A stretch of 64,000 nucleotides of DNA, from the NCBI GenBank assembly GCA_963724535.1, contig CAVRVD010000011.1, forward strand, positions 43,201-107,200, written 5' to 3'. The DNA comes from an uncultured Actinomycetota bacterium. Its GTDB lineage: Bacteria > Actinomycetota > Actinomycetes > Actinomycetales > Kineosporiaceae. Every line of letters starts with the position of its first letter. Positions within the stretch are counted from its first letter, which is position 1. The notes beneath the pieces are model-generated. The model worked only from the letters and a program-made list of their open reading frames with translations, searched no databases and was not told the DNA's origin. The position numbers and the translations under genes are program-made. Below are positions 1 to 9,088 of this stretch, one piece after another.

Positions 1-257
1 TGCGCGAGGTGGAACCCGGCAGCGCCCTGTTCGACGTGGACCGCTGGTACACCGACGAGGCGGCCGGCACGGTGCGCCTGGAGCGGGTCGGCGAGATGCC
101 CGGGCTGCTCTACACACCGGACCTGCAGGCCGGGCAGCGCTACCTGATCGTGGCCACCGACGGCGTGATCCGCTACTGCGACCCGTCAGGGCCGTGGAGC
201 GCCGAGCTGGAGCGGCTGTTCGAGGACGCCTTCGGCATCGGGTCGCCAGCGGGATGA
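1..257 (+). CDS. hypothetical protein, C-terminal fragment (gene begins upstream of the window)
   Basis: Frame 3 is open from the window start to a TGA at 255-257 (ORF track 9..257). Codon usage is GC3-rich and genuine-looking. No motif I can name. The stop overlaps the next start (ATGA). Confidence 0.35.
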   Translation, partial: REVEPGSALFDVDRWYTDEAAGTVRLERVGEMPGLLYTPDLQAGQRYLIVATDGVIRYCDPSGPWSAELERLFEDAFGIGSPAG

Positions 258-1105
258 GGCTCGAACCACACGACGTCCATAAGGGTTTGGCGGTCTACCG
301 ATTCGGGGCCGGCGAGCCGGTGTTCCTGATGCCCGGGCCGCACCGGTTCCAGCGCCCGGGAATGGACAGCGCGGACGCCCTGATCGATGGCCTGACGGCG
401 CTCGGCCGGAGCGTGATCACCTTCGACCCGCCCGGCTCGGGGCGGTCGACGCGATCGGCCGTCCTGGGCATGCCCGAGATGCACGCCTGCACCGACGAGG
501 CGCTCACGGTGTGCGGCCTTCCCGGCCCCGTCGACGCGGTGGGGCACAGCATGGGCGGCCTGACCCTGCTTGCCTACGCGCTGGAGCATCCCGCCAGGGT
601 CCGGCGCATGGTGCTGGTCGGCACGGGTACCGGCGGGCGCGCCTACCTGAAGGCCCCTGGCGCGCTGTGGCACCGCGGCCACCCCGGATTCGCGAAGATG
701 GCGCTGCTGGGCAGCCTGCACCTGGCCGTGCGACGACTGGCGACCGAGCGGCTGCTGAACAACGACATCAATCGCCAGTCGTTCGTCGACCGCCGGCGGG
801 CGGGCCGGGATCCGGTGTCGCTCGCCGACTGGTTCTGCCCCGCCGCGGGGCGCGCGGAATGGCACCGCATCGCCCGCCGCCTCGACTACGGTCCGCGCCT
901 CGAAGAGCTCACGATGCCCGTGCTCGTCCTGTGCGGCCGCCACGACCCGCAGTTCCCGCCCGCCTGTTCGACCGAACTCGCATCGGGGATCCGCGACGCC
1001 GAACTGCACTGGTTCGAGCACAGCGGCCACTATCCCTTCGTCGAAGACGCCCGACCCTTCTGGCAGAGCGTCGCTCGGTTTCTCGGTGCGCCACTGCCTG
1101 CGTGA
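254..1105 (+). CDS. alpha/beta-fold hydrolase
   Basis: GHSMGG nucleophile-elbow motif. 'FDPPGSGRS' lies after the first strand and 'HSGHYPF' (catalytic His) near the C-terminus. ATG at 254 inside track ORF 194..1105. Confidence 0.75.
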   Translation: MRLEPHDVHKGLAVYRFGAGEPVFLMPGPHRFQRPGMDSADALIDGLTALGRSVITFDPPGSGRSTRSAVLGMPEMHACTDEALTVCGLPGPVDAVGHSMGGLTLLAYALEHPARVRRMVLVGTGTGGRAYLKAPGALWHRGHPGFAKMALLGSLHLAVRRLATERLLNNDINRQSFVDRRRAGRDPVSLADWFCPAAGRAEWHRIARRLDYGPRLEELTMPVLVLCGRHDPQFPPACSTELASGIRDAELHWFEHSGHYPFVEDARPFWQSVARFLGAPLPA

Positions 1106-1144
1106 CCCCGGTCCGGCCGCGGCGCCGACAGTAGGATCCGCGAC

Positions 1145-2128
1145 GTGGCCAGGGAACCTCGGACGGCGGTGGCCGCCCTGCCCGGCGGCCCTGGCGTGTA
1201 CCGGTTCCGCGATGCTCGCGGACGGGTGCTCTACATCGGCCGCGCGGTCGACCTGCGGCGCCGGGTCGGCTCCTACTGGGCAGACCTGCGAGATCGACGC
1301 CATCTGATCCGCATGGTGCCGCAGATCGTCCAGGTCGAGGCGGTCGCCTGTGACTCGGCGCACGAGGCGGCATGGCTCGAACGCAACCTCCTGGAACGGT
1401 CGAAGCCGCGCTGGAACCGGCTCCGTGGCGGCCTGGAGGTACCCGCCTACATCCTCCTGGACCGCGGACCCGCCGCGGCGCGCCTGCACGTCGTCCACTC
1501 GCCACTCGTTCCCGCGCCCCGGCGTCCCGGCTACGCCGTGCGGGTCTTCGGTCCGTACCTCGGCGGGACCAGGGCGCGGTTGGCCGTCTCCGCGCTGGAT
1601 CGAGCGCTGCCGCTGGCCTACGCCGACGACACGCTCAGCGGCTGTCACCGGGACCTGGCCCGGGCGCGGGGCATCGACTCGCCCGACCGTGACGGTCTTC
1701 TGGCCCGCGTCACCGCGGTGCTCGAACGGCGACCAGCAGCAGTCGAGGCGGTGCAGGAGCAGCTCGCCCGACTTCGGGACCGGGCGTCGGCGAACCTCGC
1801 CTTCGAGCTCGCGGCCCGAGTCCAGCAGGAGCTCGAGGCGATCGCCTGGATCGCCTCCGAACAGAAGGTGACCCTGCTCCCGGCGACCGGCAGCCGTCCG
1901 GCCGACGATCTGGCCGTCACCGACTGCGACGTGCACGGCTGGGCAGATGGCCTGCTGATCCGCTTCGAGGTCCGAGGCGGGCGGATGTGCACCTGGCAGG
2001 TGCGCGACTGCGCCCAGGCCACCGCGCAGCGGCATCTGGACGACACACCCGTTCGCTGGCGCGCCTTCGCCCACCGCAACGCCGAGCTGTCCAAACGACT
2101 TGCCGACGGCGACGGCGGCACCGGGTGA
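1145..2128 (+). CDS. GIY-YIG nuclease-domain protein (UvrC N-terminal-like)
   Basis: The N-terminus 'PGVYRFRDARGRVLYIGRAVDLRRRVGSYW' matches the GIY-x(10)-YIG...R...SY pattern. 327-aa ORF from the track. Confidence 0.6.
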   Translation: MAREPRTAVAALPGGPGVYRFRDARGRVLYIGRAVDLRRRVGSYWADLRDRRHLIRMVPQIVQVEAVACDSAHEAAWLERNLLERSKPRWNRLRGGLEVPAYILLDRGPAAARLHVVHSPLVPAPRRPGYAVRVFGPYLGGTRARLAVSALDRALPLAYADDTLSGCHRDLARARGIDSPDRDGLLARVTAVLERRPAAVEAVQEQLARLRDRASANLAFELAARVQQELEAIAWIASEQKVTLLPATGSRPADDLAVTDCDVHGWADGLLIRFEVRGGRMCTWQVRDCAQATAQRHLDDTPVRWRAFAHRNAELSKRLADGDGGTG

Positions 2129-2161
2129 GCGTCCCCCAGCCCGACGCCTGGGTGCGGCGCA

Positions 2162-2584
2162 TCACGCGGTGGGCGAGGCGCTCCAACCCGACCAGCGGCG
2201 GACCTCGATGGCGATCACCGGGCCCGGGATCGGGATCGTGGCGTACTGCGGGTAGCGCTCGCGCAGCAGACCGATCCCGCGTTGCGCCTGCGGGTCGAGG
2301 ACCCGGAGCAGCCGGGCGACGCCGTCCGCGCGGGCCCACCACAGCGCCGCCCAGTCCTCGGTGTACTCATCGACCAGGACGGCGACCCGCGGGTTCGCCG
2401 CGATGTTCGTCAGCCGTCGCAATGCCGTGCCACCCTTCGGCTTGCCGTCCACCGCGGTCCAGACGGTGTCACCGGCCAGCGCGAAGACGACTGGAACCAG
2501 GTGCGGCGCCCCGTCGGCGTCCACGCTCGCCAACCGCGCCACCCGGGCCGCCCCGAACCGGGCCCTGGCCAGCACCGGCTCCAT
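2162..2584 (-). CDS. PPOX-class (pyridoxamine 5'-phosphate oxidase-like) probable F420-dependent enzyme
   Basis: The C-terminal 141 aa of track ORF 2162..2890 ('MEPVLARARFGAARVARLASVDADGAPHLVPVVF...AVLVDEYTEDWAALWWARADG...') have the split-barrel FMN/F420-binding pattern. The upstream 100 aa are D/E/H/R-rich junk, so the start is placed at the internal Met (alternative Met about 48 bp upstream). Confidence 0.55.
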   Translation of the reverse strand: MEPVLARARFGAARVARLASVDADGAPHLVPVVFALAGDTVWTAVDGKPKGGTALRRLTNIAANPRVAVLVDEYTEDWAALWWARADGVARLLRVLDPQAQRGIGLLRERYPQYATIPIPGPVIAIEVRRWSGWSASPTA

Positions 2585-2632
2585 CCTCACCAGCGTGTCC
2601 ACCTCCTGCCGCGAGATACAGTTCTCGTACAT

Positions 2633-3034
2633 ATGGTGCGCTTGGTGTTGAACCTCATCTGGCTGGTGGTCTCCGGTCTGTGGCTCGCGGTCGTCTACAC
2701 CGTGGCCGGCGTGCTCATGCTGATCCCGATCGTGACCATCCCGTTCGCCATCGCCTCGTTCCGGCTGGCCGCCTTCGTCATCTGGCCGTTCGGACGAACG
2801 GTCGTACCCAAGCCCACGGCGGGTGCCGGCTCGGCCGTGGGCAACGTGTTGTGGTTCCTCCTGGCCGGGGTGTGGATCGCGATCGGCCACATTGTGACGT
2901 CGGTGGCACTCGCCCTGACGATCATCGGAATCCCGCTCGCAGTGGCCAACCTCAAGCTTGCCGCCGTGGCCCTCGCGCCGCTCGGCAAGGACATCGTGGA
3001 CATCAACGACCCCCGAGCCGCCTCCGTGTGGTGA
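2633..3034 (+). CDS. YccF-domain inner-membrane protein
   Basis: 133 aa from an ATG inside track ORF 2282..3034. Two hydrophobic hairpins: 'NLIWLVVSGLWLAVVYTVAGVLMLIPIVTIPFAIASFRLAAFVIWPFG' and 'GNVLWFLLAGVWIAIGHIVTSVALALTIIGIPLAVANLKLA', a YccF-like duplicated motif. Confidence 0.65.
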   Translation: MVRLVLNLIWLVVSGLWLAVVYTVAGVLMLIPIVTIPFAIASFRLAAFVIWPFGRTVVPKPTAGAGSAVGNVLWFLLAGVWIAIGHIVTSVALALTIIGIPLAVANLKLAAVALAPLGKDIVDINDPRAASVW

Positions 3035-3077
3035 CCGACCAGGGCGCCAGCCCGGACCCCTCAGCAGCCCGGACCCC

Positions 3078-3977
3078 TCAGCTCGTGACGTCCTTGCCCA
3101 GGAACCGCCACCAGGCCAGCGCCAGCAGCACCACCGTGTAGCCGAGCGACCAGAGCACCCCCTGGGCCATTGCGTCCCAGGCGATCTGCGGCGAGAGCAC
3201 GTCCAGCCAGGCGTAGGACCAGTGCACCGGCAGCGCCTTGCGCCAGTCCCCGAGCGCCGTCACCGCGTCCAGGATGTTCGCCACGATGACGAGCAGGACG
3301 GCGCCACCCACCGCGCCGAGCGGAGCGTCGGTGAACACCCCGAGGCAGAACGCCAGCGCCGCGACCCACACCAGGCTCAGCGCCAGGAACGCCAGAGCGA
3401 TCCCGAGCCGCTGCAGCATCAGCGAGGTGTCCACCGTCGTCCCGAGCGGGGTGCGCAGCGGCGCCCAGCCGAACGCCAGCCCACCGGCCAGGAACGAGGC
3501 CGACGGCAGCAGCACCAGGCAGAACAGCGAGAAGCTCAGCGCAACCACCAGCTTGCGCCACAGCAGCACCCCGCGCGGTACCGGCGTCGCCAGCAGGTAG
3601 CGCAGGCTCGACCAGCTCGCCTCGCTGGCCACCGTGTCCCCGGCGAACAGCGCGAACACCACCACGAACAGGAACCCGGTCGCCGCGAACAGCACGAACA
3701 GGGTGAAGTTGGCCGCGCCCACCGTGGCCAGCTCCACCAGACCCGGTGCCCGGCTGCGGTCGCCGTCGCCGAGCAGGAACGCCCCGACCAACAGCCACGG
3801 CAGGGCCACCAGCAGGGCGACCGTCAGCTTGGTGCGTCGCCGGGTCAGCTGCCGGCGCAGCTCGACCGGCAGCGGCAGCGTCGCCCGTCCCCGGTGCCCG
3901 AGCGCTGCCCCGGCCCGGCCCGAGGCCGGCGGAGCACCCACCGCGTCCAGGCCGACGTGGTGCCCCCGTTCAGGCAT
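3078..3977 (-). CDS. ABC-2 family transporter permease
   Basis: 299 aa with six predicted TM helices. It lies immediately downstream of, and overlaps, the ABC ATPase-containing ORF, as in an ABC-2 exporter. Confidence 0.65.
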   Translation of the reverse strand: MPERGHHVGLDAVGAPPASGRAGAALGHRGRATLPLPVELRRQLTRRRTKLTVALLVALPWLLVGAFLLGDGDRSRAPGLVELATVGAANFTLFVLFAATGFLFVVVFALFAGDTVASEASWSSLRYLLATPVPRGVLLWRKLVVALSFSLFCLVLLPSASFLAGGLAFGWAPLRTPLGTTVDTSLMLQRLGIALAFLALSLVWVAALAFCLGVFTDAPLGAVGGAVLLVIVANILDAVTALGDWRKALPVHWSYAWLDVLSPQIAWDAMAQGVLWSLGYTVVLLALAWWRFLGKDVTS

Positions 3978-6900
3978 CGCCGCCTCCCGGTCCGCCGTCC
4001 GCCCCGTTCGCGCCGACCGGCTGCACCGGCGCGCCCGCCGCCGCCTCGCCCTCGCCGACCAGGGCCAGGAACGCCTGCTCCAGACCCCGGCGCGGGGTCA
4101 CCCGCTCCACCCCGACGCCGGCCTCGACCAGCGCCCGGACCAGCTCCGCGCGCCGGGTACCCACCAGCTCCAGGGTCATCGCACCGTCGGTGACCTCGAT
4201 CTCGCGTGCTCCGGCCACACCGGCGGCGACCGCCGCGGCCAGCTGACCGTCGTCGACCTCGACCAGCAGCCCGGTCGCCGCCCCGACCAGCTCGCTGACC
4301 CGCCCGGCGGCGACCACCTCGCCGTGGTGCATGACCACCACGTGCGAGCAGGTCTGCTCGACCTCCGAGAGCAGGTGGCTGGACACCACGACCGTGCGAC
4401 CGGTCGCCGCGTACCGGGCCAGCACCTCGCGCATCTCCCGGATCTGCGGCGGGTCCAGCCCGTTGGTCGGCTCGTCGAGCACCAGCAGGTCGGGCAGCCC
4501 GAGCATCGCCTGGGCGATCGCCAGCCGCTGCCGCATGCCCTGGCTGTAGGTGCGCACGGTGCGGTGCACGTCCTCGCCGAGCCCGGCCACCTCCAGCGCC
4601 TCGTCGAAGAACGCCTCGCCGACCGGACGCCCGGTGCCCGCCCAGTACAGGCGCAGGTTCTCGGCCCCCGTGGCGTGCGGCAGGAACCCGGGCCCCTCGA
4701 CGAACGCCCCGACCCGGGACAGCACCGGCGCGCCCGGGGCCACCCCGTGGCCGAACACCGCGATCCGGCCCGCGGTCGGCCGGATCAGGCCGAGCACCAT
4801 CCGTAGCAGTGTCGTCTTGCCGGCCCCGTTCGGCCCGAGCAGTCCCAGCACCCACCCGGCCTCGACGGCGAAGGAGACGTCGCGGACCGCCTGGAACCCG
4901 CTGGCATAGGTCTTCGCCGCCCCCTGCACCACCAGCGGCAGCGCGTCCTCGGACTCCGCCGCCGACCCCGGGCGCAGCGGCGCGGCACGGCCCCGGGCGG
5001 TACGCCGCGCCCACCACCACAGTCCCACCGCCAACGCTGCCGCGGCGGCGAGCAGCCCCAGGGCCCAGGGCAGGTACCGGCTCAACCCACCGGCGTCCAG
5101 GGTGCGCAGGACCGGGGTGGGCACGACGACCACCGCTCCCCCACCCGCCTGCTGTTGACCGGTGGCGTCCGCCAGGGACACCCGGTAGGCGCGCGGCTGG
5201 GACGTCAGGGCGTACGCCGCGTCGCTGGCCGCCACCGCGATCCGCAGCCGATGCCCGGCCTGGACGTCGCGAACCACGGCCGGCAGCACCACGGTCACCT
5301 CGACACCGCTGGACGGCACCGGCTCCAGCCGCACCGGGCTGACCAGACCGGCCGGCATGACGGCGCTGTCGTCGGCGGCCACGTCCAGTAGCGAGACGAA
5401 CATCGTCACCGCGTCGTCCTCGCCCAGACCACCGCCCGCCCCGCCAGTCCCACCCGGCTCGACCCGCAACCGCACCCGCCCCGCACCGGCGATCCGCACC
5501 GTCGAGGTCAGCGGCTCGGAGTCGAAGACCGCTACCTGGCCCAGCGGCATGGCCAGCGTCCCGGGTGAGGCGTCCACCGAGATCCGTCCCCCGCGCAGCC
5601 CCGGCAGCGTGGTCACCGCCGCCGGCCAACCACCGGCCGGCGAGATGACGCCCTGCTGGCGGCCGGTCAGCGGGACCCGTTGCACCGCAACCTCGTCGGT
5701 CGTGCCGACCCCGGGCTCGCGGACGGCGCCGCGCACCGTGGGCGCAGGGTCGCTGTCCTCGGTGGACACCGCAGAACCGGGCACGGTCACCTGGAACCGT
5801 TCGGTCCCGGGGTCGGCCACCCCCGAGCCCGATCCGACACCGCTCTGCCCGTTCTCCCCCGGCGCCCGCAGGTACCGGTCGAACCAGGCCAGGGTCAACG
5901 ACCGCACCCGCTCGCTCTCGTCCAGGCCCCCGTCGTGCCCGCCCGCGGTCCACACCACGGACACCTCAGTGCCGTTGAGCGCCAGCGCCGCGGCGGTCGC
6001 CTCTGCCTCGCCGATCGGGAACAGCGAGTCCACCTGCCCCTGCACCAAGAGCGTCGGTGCGCTGATCCGGTCGACCACCGAGGACGGGCTGGACCGGGCG
6101 AGCAGGTCGAGCATCGCGGCGTTCGGACGCCCGGTGGCCGCCACCTGCTGGTAGGCGGCGCACAGCTCGGCAGTGACCCGACCGCACGCCGCCGCGCCCA
6201 CCGACAGCGTGGTGGGCACCCCGGACGGCTCCGCGACGTCCGCCGGACCACCTGGACCGCCTGGACCGCCTGGACCGCCTGGACCGAGGCTCGACCCGGC
6301 CTGCGGTCCGAAGAACACGGCGGCCCAGGCCTTCTTGAACACTCCGGCCGGGAACACCCCGGCGCTCGCCGTCCCGCGGACCAGGGTCGTGGTGTCGCCC
6401 GGGTATCCGGGGGTGCGCGGCGGTCCGAGATCGGCCTGCGGCACCACCGACTGCGGGAACAGCACCCGGCGCAGGTCGTTCCAGGTGATCTGCGGGACGA
6501 TCGCGTCGAGGCGCGGGTCGGTCCCGGCGAGCAGCAGCGCCAGGGCACCGCCGTAGGACCCGCCGGCCACGCCGACCCGCGGGTCGCCGGGAGCGTCCAG
6601 CAGCACCTCGGGCCGGCTCGCCAGCAGGTCGACCAGCGCCCGAGCGTCGGCCACCTCGTACTCCGGCGCGTTCAGGTGCACCAGCCCACCGCTGCGACCG
6701 AACCCCCGCGCGGTCCAGGTCAGGACGACGTACCCGCGCCGTGCGGCGGCGCGCGCCTCGCCGTCCACGGACTCCTTGGTGCCGCCGTAGCCGTGCGCGA
6801 GCAGCACCGCCGGGGCCGGACCGGCGTCGCCGCCGGCGTCCGGAGGCAGGTAGAGCCGGGCGTCCAGCTGGACCGGCTGCGCGGCAACGGGTCCGGTCGC

Positions 6901-7047
6901 GGCCGGCTCGGGCGTCCCGGCGACGGTGAGGTCCTCGACGCGTGGCTCGGGCTCGCGGGTGAGGGCCAGGCCGACGACAGCGGCCGCAGCCACGGCCACG
7001 ACGGCCGCAGCCGCACCGACGCGGCGTCCGCGGACGCGGCTCAGCAC
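3970..7047 (-). CDS. fusion protein: signal-anchored CocE/NonD-type alpha/beta hydrolase (X-Pro dipeptidyl-peptidase S15-like) + TM helix + ABC transporter ATP-binding domain
   Basis: Single 1025-aa ORF. The N-terminus has a signal or TM segment, then 'LLAHGYGGTKESVDGEARAAARRGYVVLTWTARGFGRSGG' and 'GVAGGSYGGALAL' (a GxSxG nucleophile). A TM helix 'ALGLLAAAAALAVGLWWWA' follows. The C-terminus has Walker A 'GPNGAGKTT', an ABC signature 'YSQGMRQRL' and Walker B 'LLVLDEP'. No in-frame stop separates the two halves. Confidence 0.6.
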   Translation of the reverse strand: MLSRVRGRRVGAAAAVVAVAAAAVVGLALTREPEPRVEDLTVAGTPEPAATGPVAAQPVQLDARLYLPPDAGGDAGPAPAVLLAHGYGGTKESVDGEARAAARRGYVVLTWTARGFGRSGGLVHLNAPEYEVADARALVDLLASRPEVLLDAPGDPRVGVAGGSYGGALALLLAGTDPRLDAIVPQITWNDLRRVLFPQSVVPQADLGPPRTPGYPGDTTTLVRGTASAGVFPAGVFKKAWAAVFFGPQAGSSLGPGGPGGPGGPGGPADVAEPSGVPTTLSVGAAACGRVTAELCAAYQQVAATGRPNAAMLDLLARSSPSSVVDRISAPTLLVQGQVDSLFPIGEAEATAAALALNGTEVSVVWTAGGHDGGLDESERVRSLTLAWFDRYLRAPGENGQSGVGSGSGVADPGTERFQVTVPGSAVSTEDSDPAPTVRGAVREPGVGTTDEVAVQRVPLTGRQQGVISPAGGWPAAVTTLPGLRGGRISVDASPGTLAMPLGQVAVFDSEPLTSTVRIAGAGRVRLRVEPGGTGGAGGGLGEDDAVTMFVSLLDVAADDSAVMPAGLVSPVRLEPVPSSGVEVTVVLPAVVRDVQAGHRLRIAVAASDAAYALTSQPRAYRVSLADATGQQQAGGGAVVVVPTPVLRTLDAGGLSRYLPWALGLLAAAAALAVGLWWWARRTARGRAAPLRPGSAAESEDALPLVVQGAAKTYASGFQAVRDVSFAVEAGWVLGLLGPNGAGKTTLLRMVLGLIRPTAGRIAVFGHGVAPGAPVLSRVGAFVEGPGFLPHATGAENLRLYWAGTGRPVGEAFFDEALEVAGLGEDVHRTVRTYSQGMRQRLAIAQAMLGLPDLLVLDEPTNGLDPPQIREMREVLARYAATGRTVVVSSHLLSEVEQTCSHVVVMHHGEVVAAGRVSELVGAATGLLVEVDDGQLAAAVAAGVAGAREIEVTDGAMTLELVGTRRAELVRALVEAGVGVERVTPRRGLEQAFLALVGEGEAAAGAPVQPVGANGADGGPGGGDA
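6242..6286. repeat. 9-bp tandem repeat (cctggaccg x4-5) encoding GPGGPGGPGGPGGP within the hydrolase domain
   Basis: Read directly. Confidence 0.6.
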
Positions 7048-7146
7048 GGGGCGGTGGAGTCGTCGGGGGTAGCGCTGGGGGTCATCAGCACCATTGTCAC
7101 ATCGCTGCCCGAGCTGGTCGCGGCGCGGGCCGGGCGCGACCGACGG

Positions 7147-8922
7147 TCAGGACGGGAACGGCTCCAGGTCCTGCCGGCAGACGGACTCGCGCGGCGCCGC
7201 CGTCCGCACCAGGTACTCGGTGATCGCCGAGCTGACGCACCGGCTCGGCATCGCCGAGCTGGTGTGCCCGTAGCCCTCGACGGTGAGCAGCCGCGAGCCC
7301 GGGTAGCGCTGCGCGGTGACCACGGCGCCCTGGTAGGGGGTCGCCGGGTCGAAGCGGGTGCCGATCACGAGCAACGGCGCGCCCAGCTGGGCGCCGATCG
7401 GGCCCCGGTAGGCGCCCGGGTCTTGGTGCGGCCAGGTGGCGCAGACCAGCCCGGACCAGGTCCAGGCCCGGCCGAAGTACGGGCTCCGGCCCATGGTGTC
7501 GGCAGCCGCGCGGGACCAGACGGACAGATCGCTGGGGTTCGCGGTGTCGGTGCAGCTCACCGCCGCGAAGGCGGCGAAGGCGTTGTCCGCCGGCGTCGGG
7601 TACCCAACCGGGCCGGCCGGGATCCGGCCGGGCAGGTCGCCCGGCAGCAGGGCTGGCATCCGCAAGGTGGGCATCCCGGGAAGATCGTCGATCTGCTCGG
7701 CCCGGGCGACCAGACGCCGGGCCACGGCCGCGGCGGTGCGCGTCGTCCGCGGTCGCCGCGCAGCGGCGGCGGCCGCGGGCGCGGCGTCCCCGAGCTCGAC
7801 GTGCAGCAGCTGCAGGTCGGCGGCGAAGGCCTGCCAGTAGCCCGGGGCGTACAGCACCGAAGAGGTCACGGTGACCAGCCTCTGGTAGTCCAGCTGGGTG
7901 TCGGCGTCCAGCTGCAGCGGTTGGGCGGCAAGCGAGTCGGCGATCGCTGCGTACGTCGCCGCCGGGTCGCCCTGGCTGTCCAGCGCGCACCGCGCCGACC
8001 CGACGTCGGCACAGAGCCGGAAGAACTCCCCCAGCGCCTCCTGCGAGGCCTCGGCACTGCCCACCCGCACGCTGAACGGGGTGGTCAGACGCTCCTGGCC
8101 GGTCCCGGACTGCCAGGCGCGCCCGTCCAGCACGCCGTCCAGGACCATGGCCCGCACCCGGTTGCCGAACAGCTGCGCGTAGACCTGCCCGAGGTAGGTG
8201 CCGTAGGAGTAGCCGACGTAGCTGAGCGCCTCGTCGCCGACCGCCTGGCGCAGCAGGTCCAGGTCGCGGGCCACCGAGGCTGTCGAGGCGAACCGCAGCA
8301 GGCTCTGCCGGGTGCACTGGGCGGTGTAGCCGGCGTGGGCGGCGGCGAAGGCCGGTTCCGCCTCGGGGGTCAGCGGGAAGGGCGGCTGGGCGTCGACGAA
8401 GGCGGCGTAGGCGCCGTCGTTCAGACAGCTGGCGGCCGGTTGGCTGGCGCCGACGAACCGGGGGTCGAAACCGACCACGTCGAAGCGGGCGCGAACCCCC
8501 TCGGGCAGCAGGTCCGGGGCGGCCCGGACGGCGTCCACCCCCGAGGCGCCCGGCCCACCCGGGTTGACGAACACGGTGCCGATCCGGGCCCCGGGCCGGG
8601 TGGCGGGCAGCTTGGCCAGCGCGAGGGTGACGGTGCCGCCCCGCGGACGGGACCAGTCCAGGGGGACCCGTGCCGTGGCGCACTGGTAGGCGGCGCCGCA
8701 ATCGGTCCAGACCAGTCGGGGGACGACGGCCGTCTGCCTCGCGCCGGCCCGACCGACCGGCACCGGGGCTCCCGCCGTGGTCGTCGGCGCCGGCTCGGCC
8801 CGGGCGGGTGCCGCGCCCAACGCCGCCAGGGCGGTCATGACCGCGGCGACCGCGCCGGCGTGCACAGCGCGCCGCCGTCGTCGAGGACGGGCCGCGCCGG
8901 CCTCCCCCTGCGCGGGCTGCAT
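7147..8922 (-). CDS. secreted alpha/beta hydrolase, tripeptidyl-aminopeptidase (S33) family
   Basis: 'GYSYGT' nucleophile elbow. The length and C-terminal 'GYGHT' are typical of TAP-like peptidases. The N-terminus 'RRRRRAVHAGAVAAVMTALAALGAAPARA' is a signal peptide. Start is placed at the Met 18 codons inside track ORF 7147..8976. Confidence 0.6.
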   Translation of the reverse strand: MQPAQGEAGAARPRRRRRAVHAGAVAAVMTALAALGAAPARAEPAPTTTAGAPVPVGRAGARQTAVVPRLVWTDCGAAYQCATARVPLDWSRPRGGTVTLALAKLPATRPGARIGTVFVNPGGPGASGVDAVRAAPDLLPEGVRARFDVVGFDPRFVGASQPAASCLNDGAYAAFVDAQPPFPLTPEAEPAFAAAHAGYTAQCTRQSLLRFASTASVARDLDLLRQAVGDEALSYVGYSYGTYLGQVYAQLFGNRVRAMVLDGVLDGRAWQSGTGQERLTTPFSVRVGSAEASQEALGEFFRLCADVGSARCALDSQGDPAATYAAIADSLAAQPLQLDADTQLDYQRLVTVTSSVLYAPGYWQAFAADLQLLHVELGDAAPAAAAAARRPRTTRTAAAVARRLVARAEQIDDLPGMPTLRMPALLPGDLPGRIPAGPVGYPTPADNAFAAFAAVSCTDTANPSDLSVWSRAAADTMGRSPYFGRAWTWSGLVCATWPHQDPGAYRGPIGAQLGAPLLVIGTRFDPATPYQGAVVTAQRYPGSRLLTVEGYGHTSSAMPSRCVSSAITEYLVRTAAPRESVCRQDLEPFPS

Positions 8923-9088
8923 GCGCACCTCCGGTGCATCCTGTGACCTCTGCCTGCCTCCGGCGCGCGAAACCATACCTCAGAGCAACGATATGGTGAC
9001 TCGTCGTGACACACCTCGGGCGGCGCGATCCCTGCGGCCTGGCCCCCACGCCGTCGGACCGAACCGGCCGCGCTGTCAGACTGGTCGG

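Noticed and set aside
2282-2632. 117-aa N-terminal extension of the YccF ORF from a TTG start
   Set aside because: The extension is Arg/Pro-rich and overlaps the PPOX gene on the other strand. YccF-like membrane topology begins at the internal ATG at 2633.
3845-5953. 702-aa minus-strand ORF and similar long frames (for example 9609..11327, 5680..8946, 52584..53972, 59119..61470, 61842..63881)
   Set aside because: Out-of-frame or antisense overlaps of credible genes. Low-complexity R/G/P/A composition, and no start-site or motif support.
8993-9088. Longer TsaC start at the ATG at 8993
   Set aside because: It would leave only about 15-70 bp for the divergent promoter shared with the peptidase gene. 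It also adds a poorly conserved Arg/Pro-rich leader. The GTG at 9089 gives a typical length before the PTETVYGL motif. Kept as an alternative.
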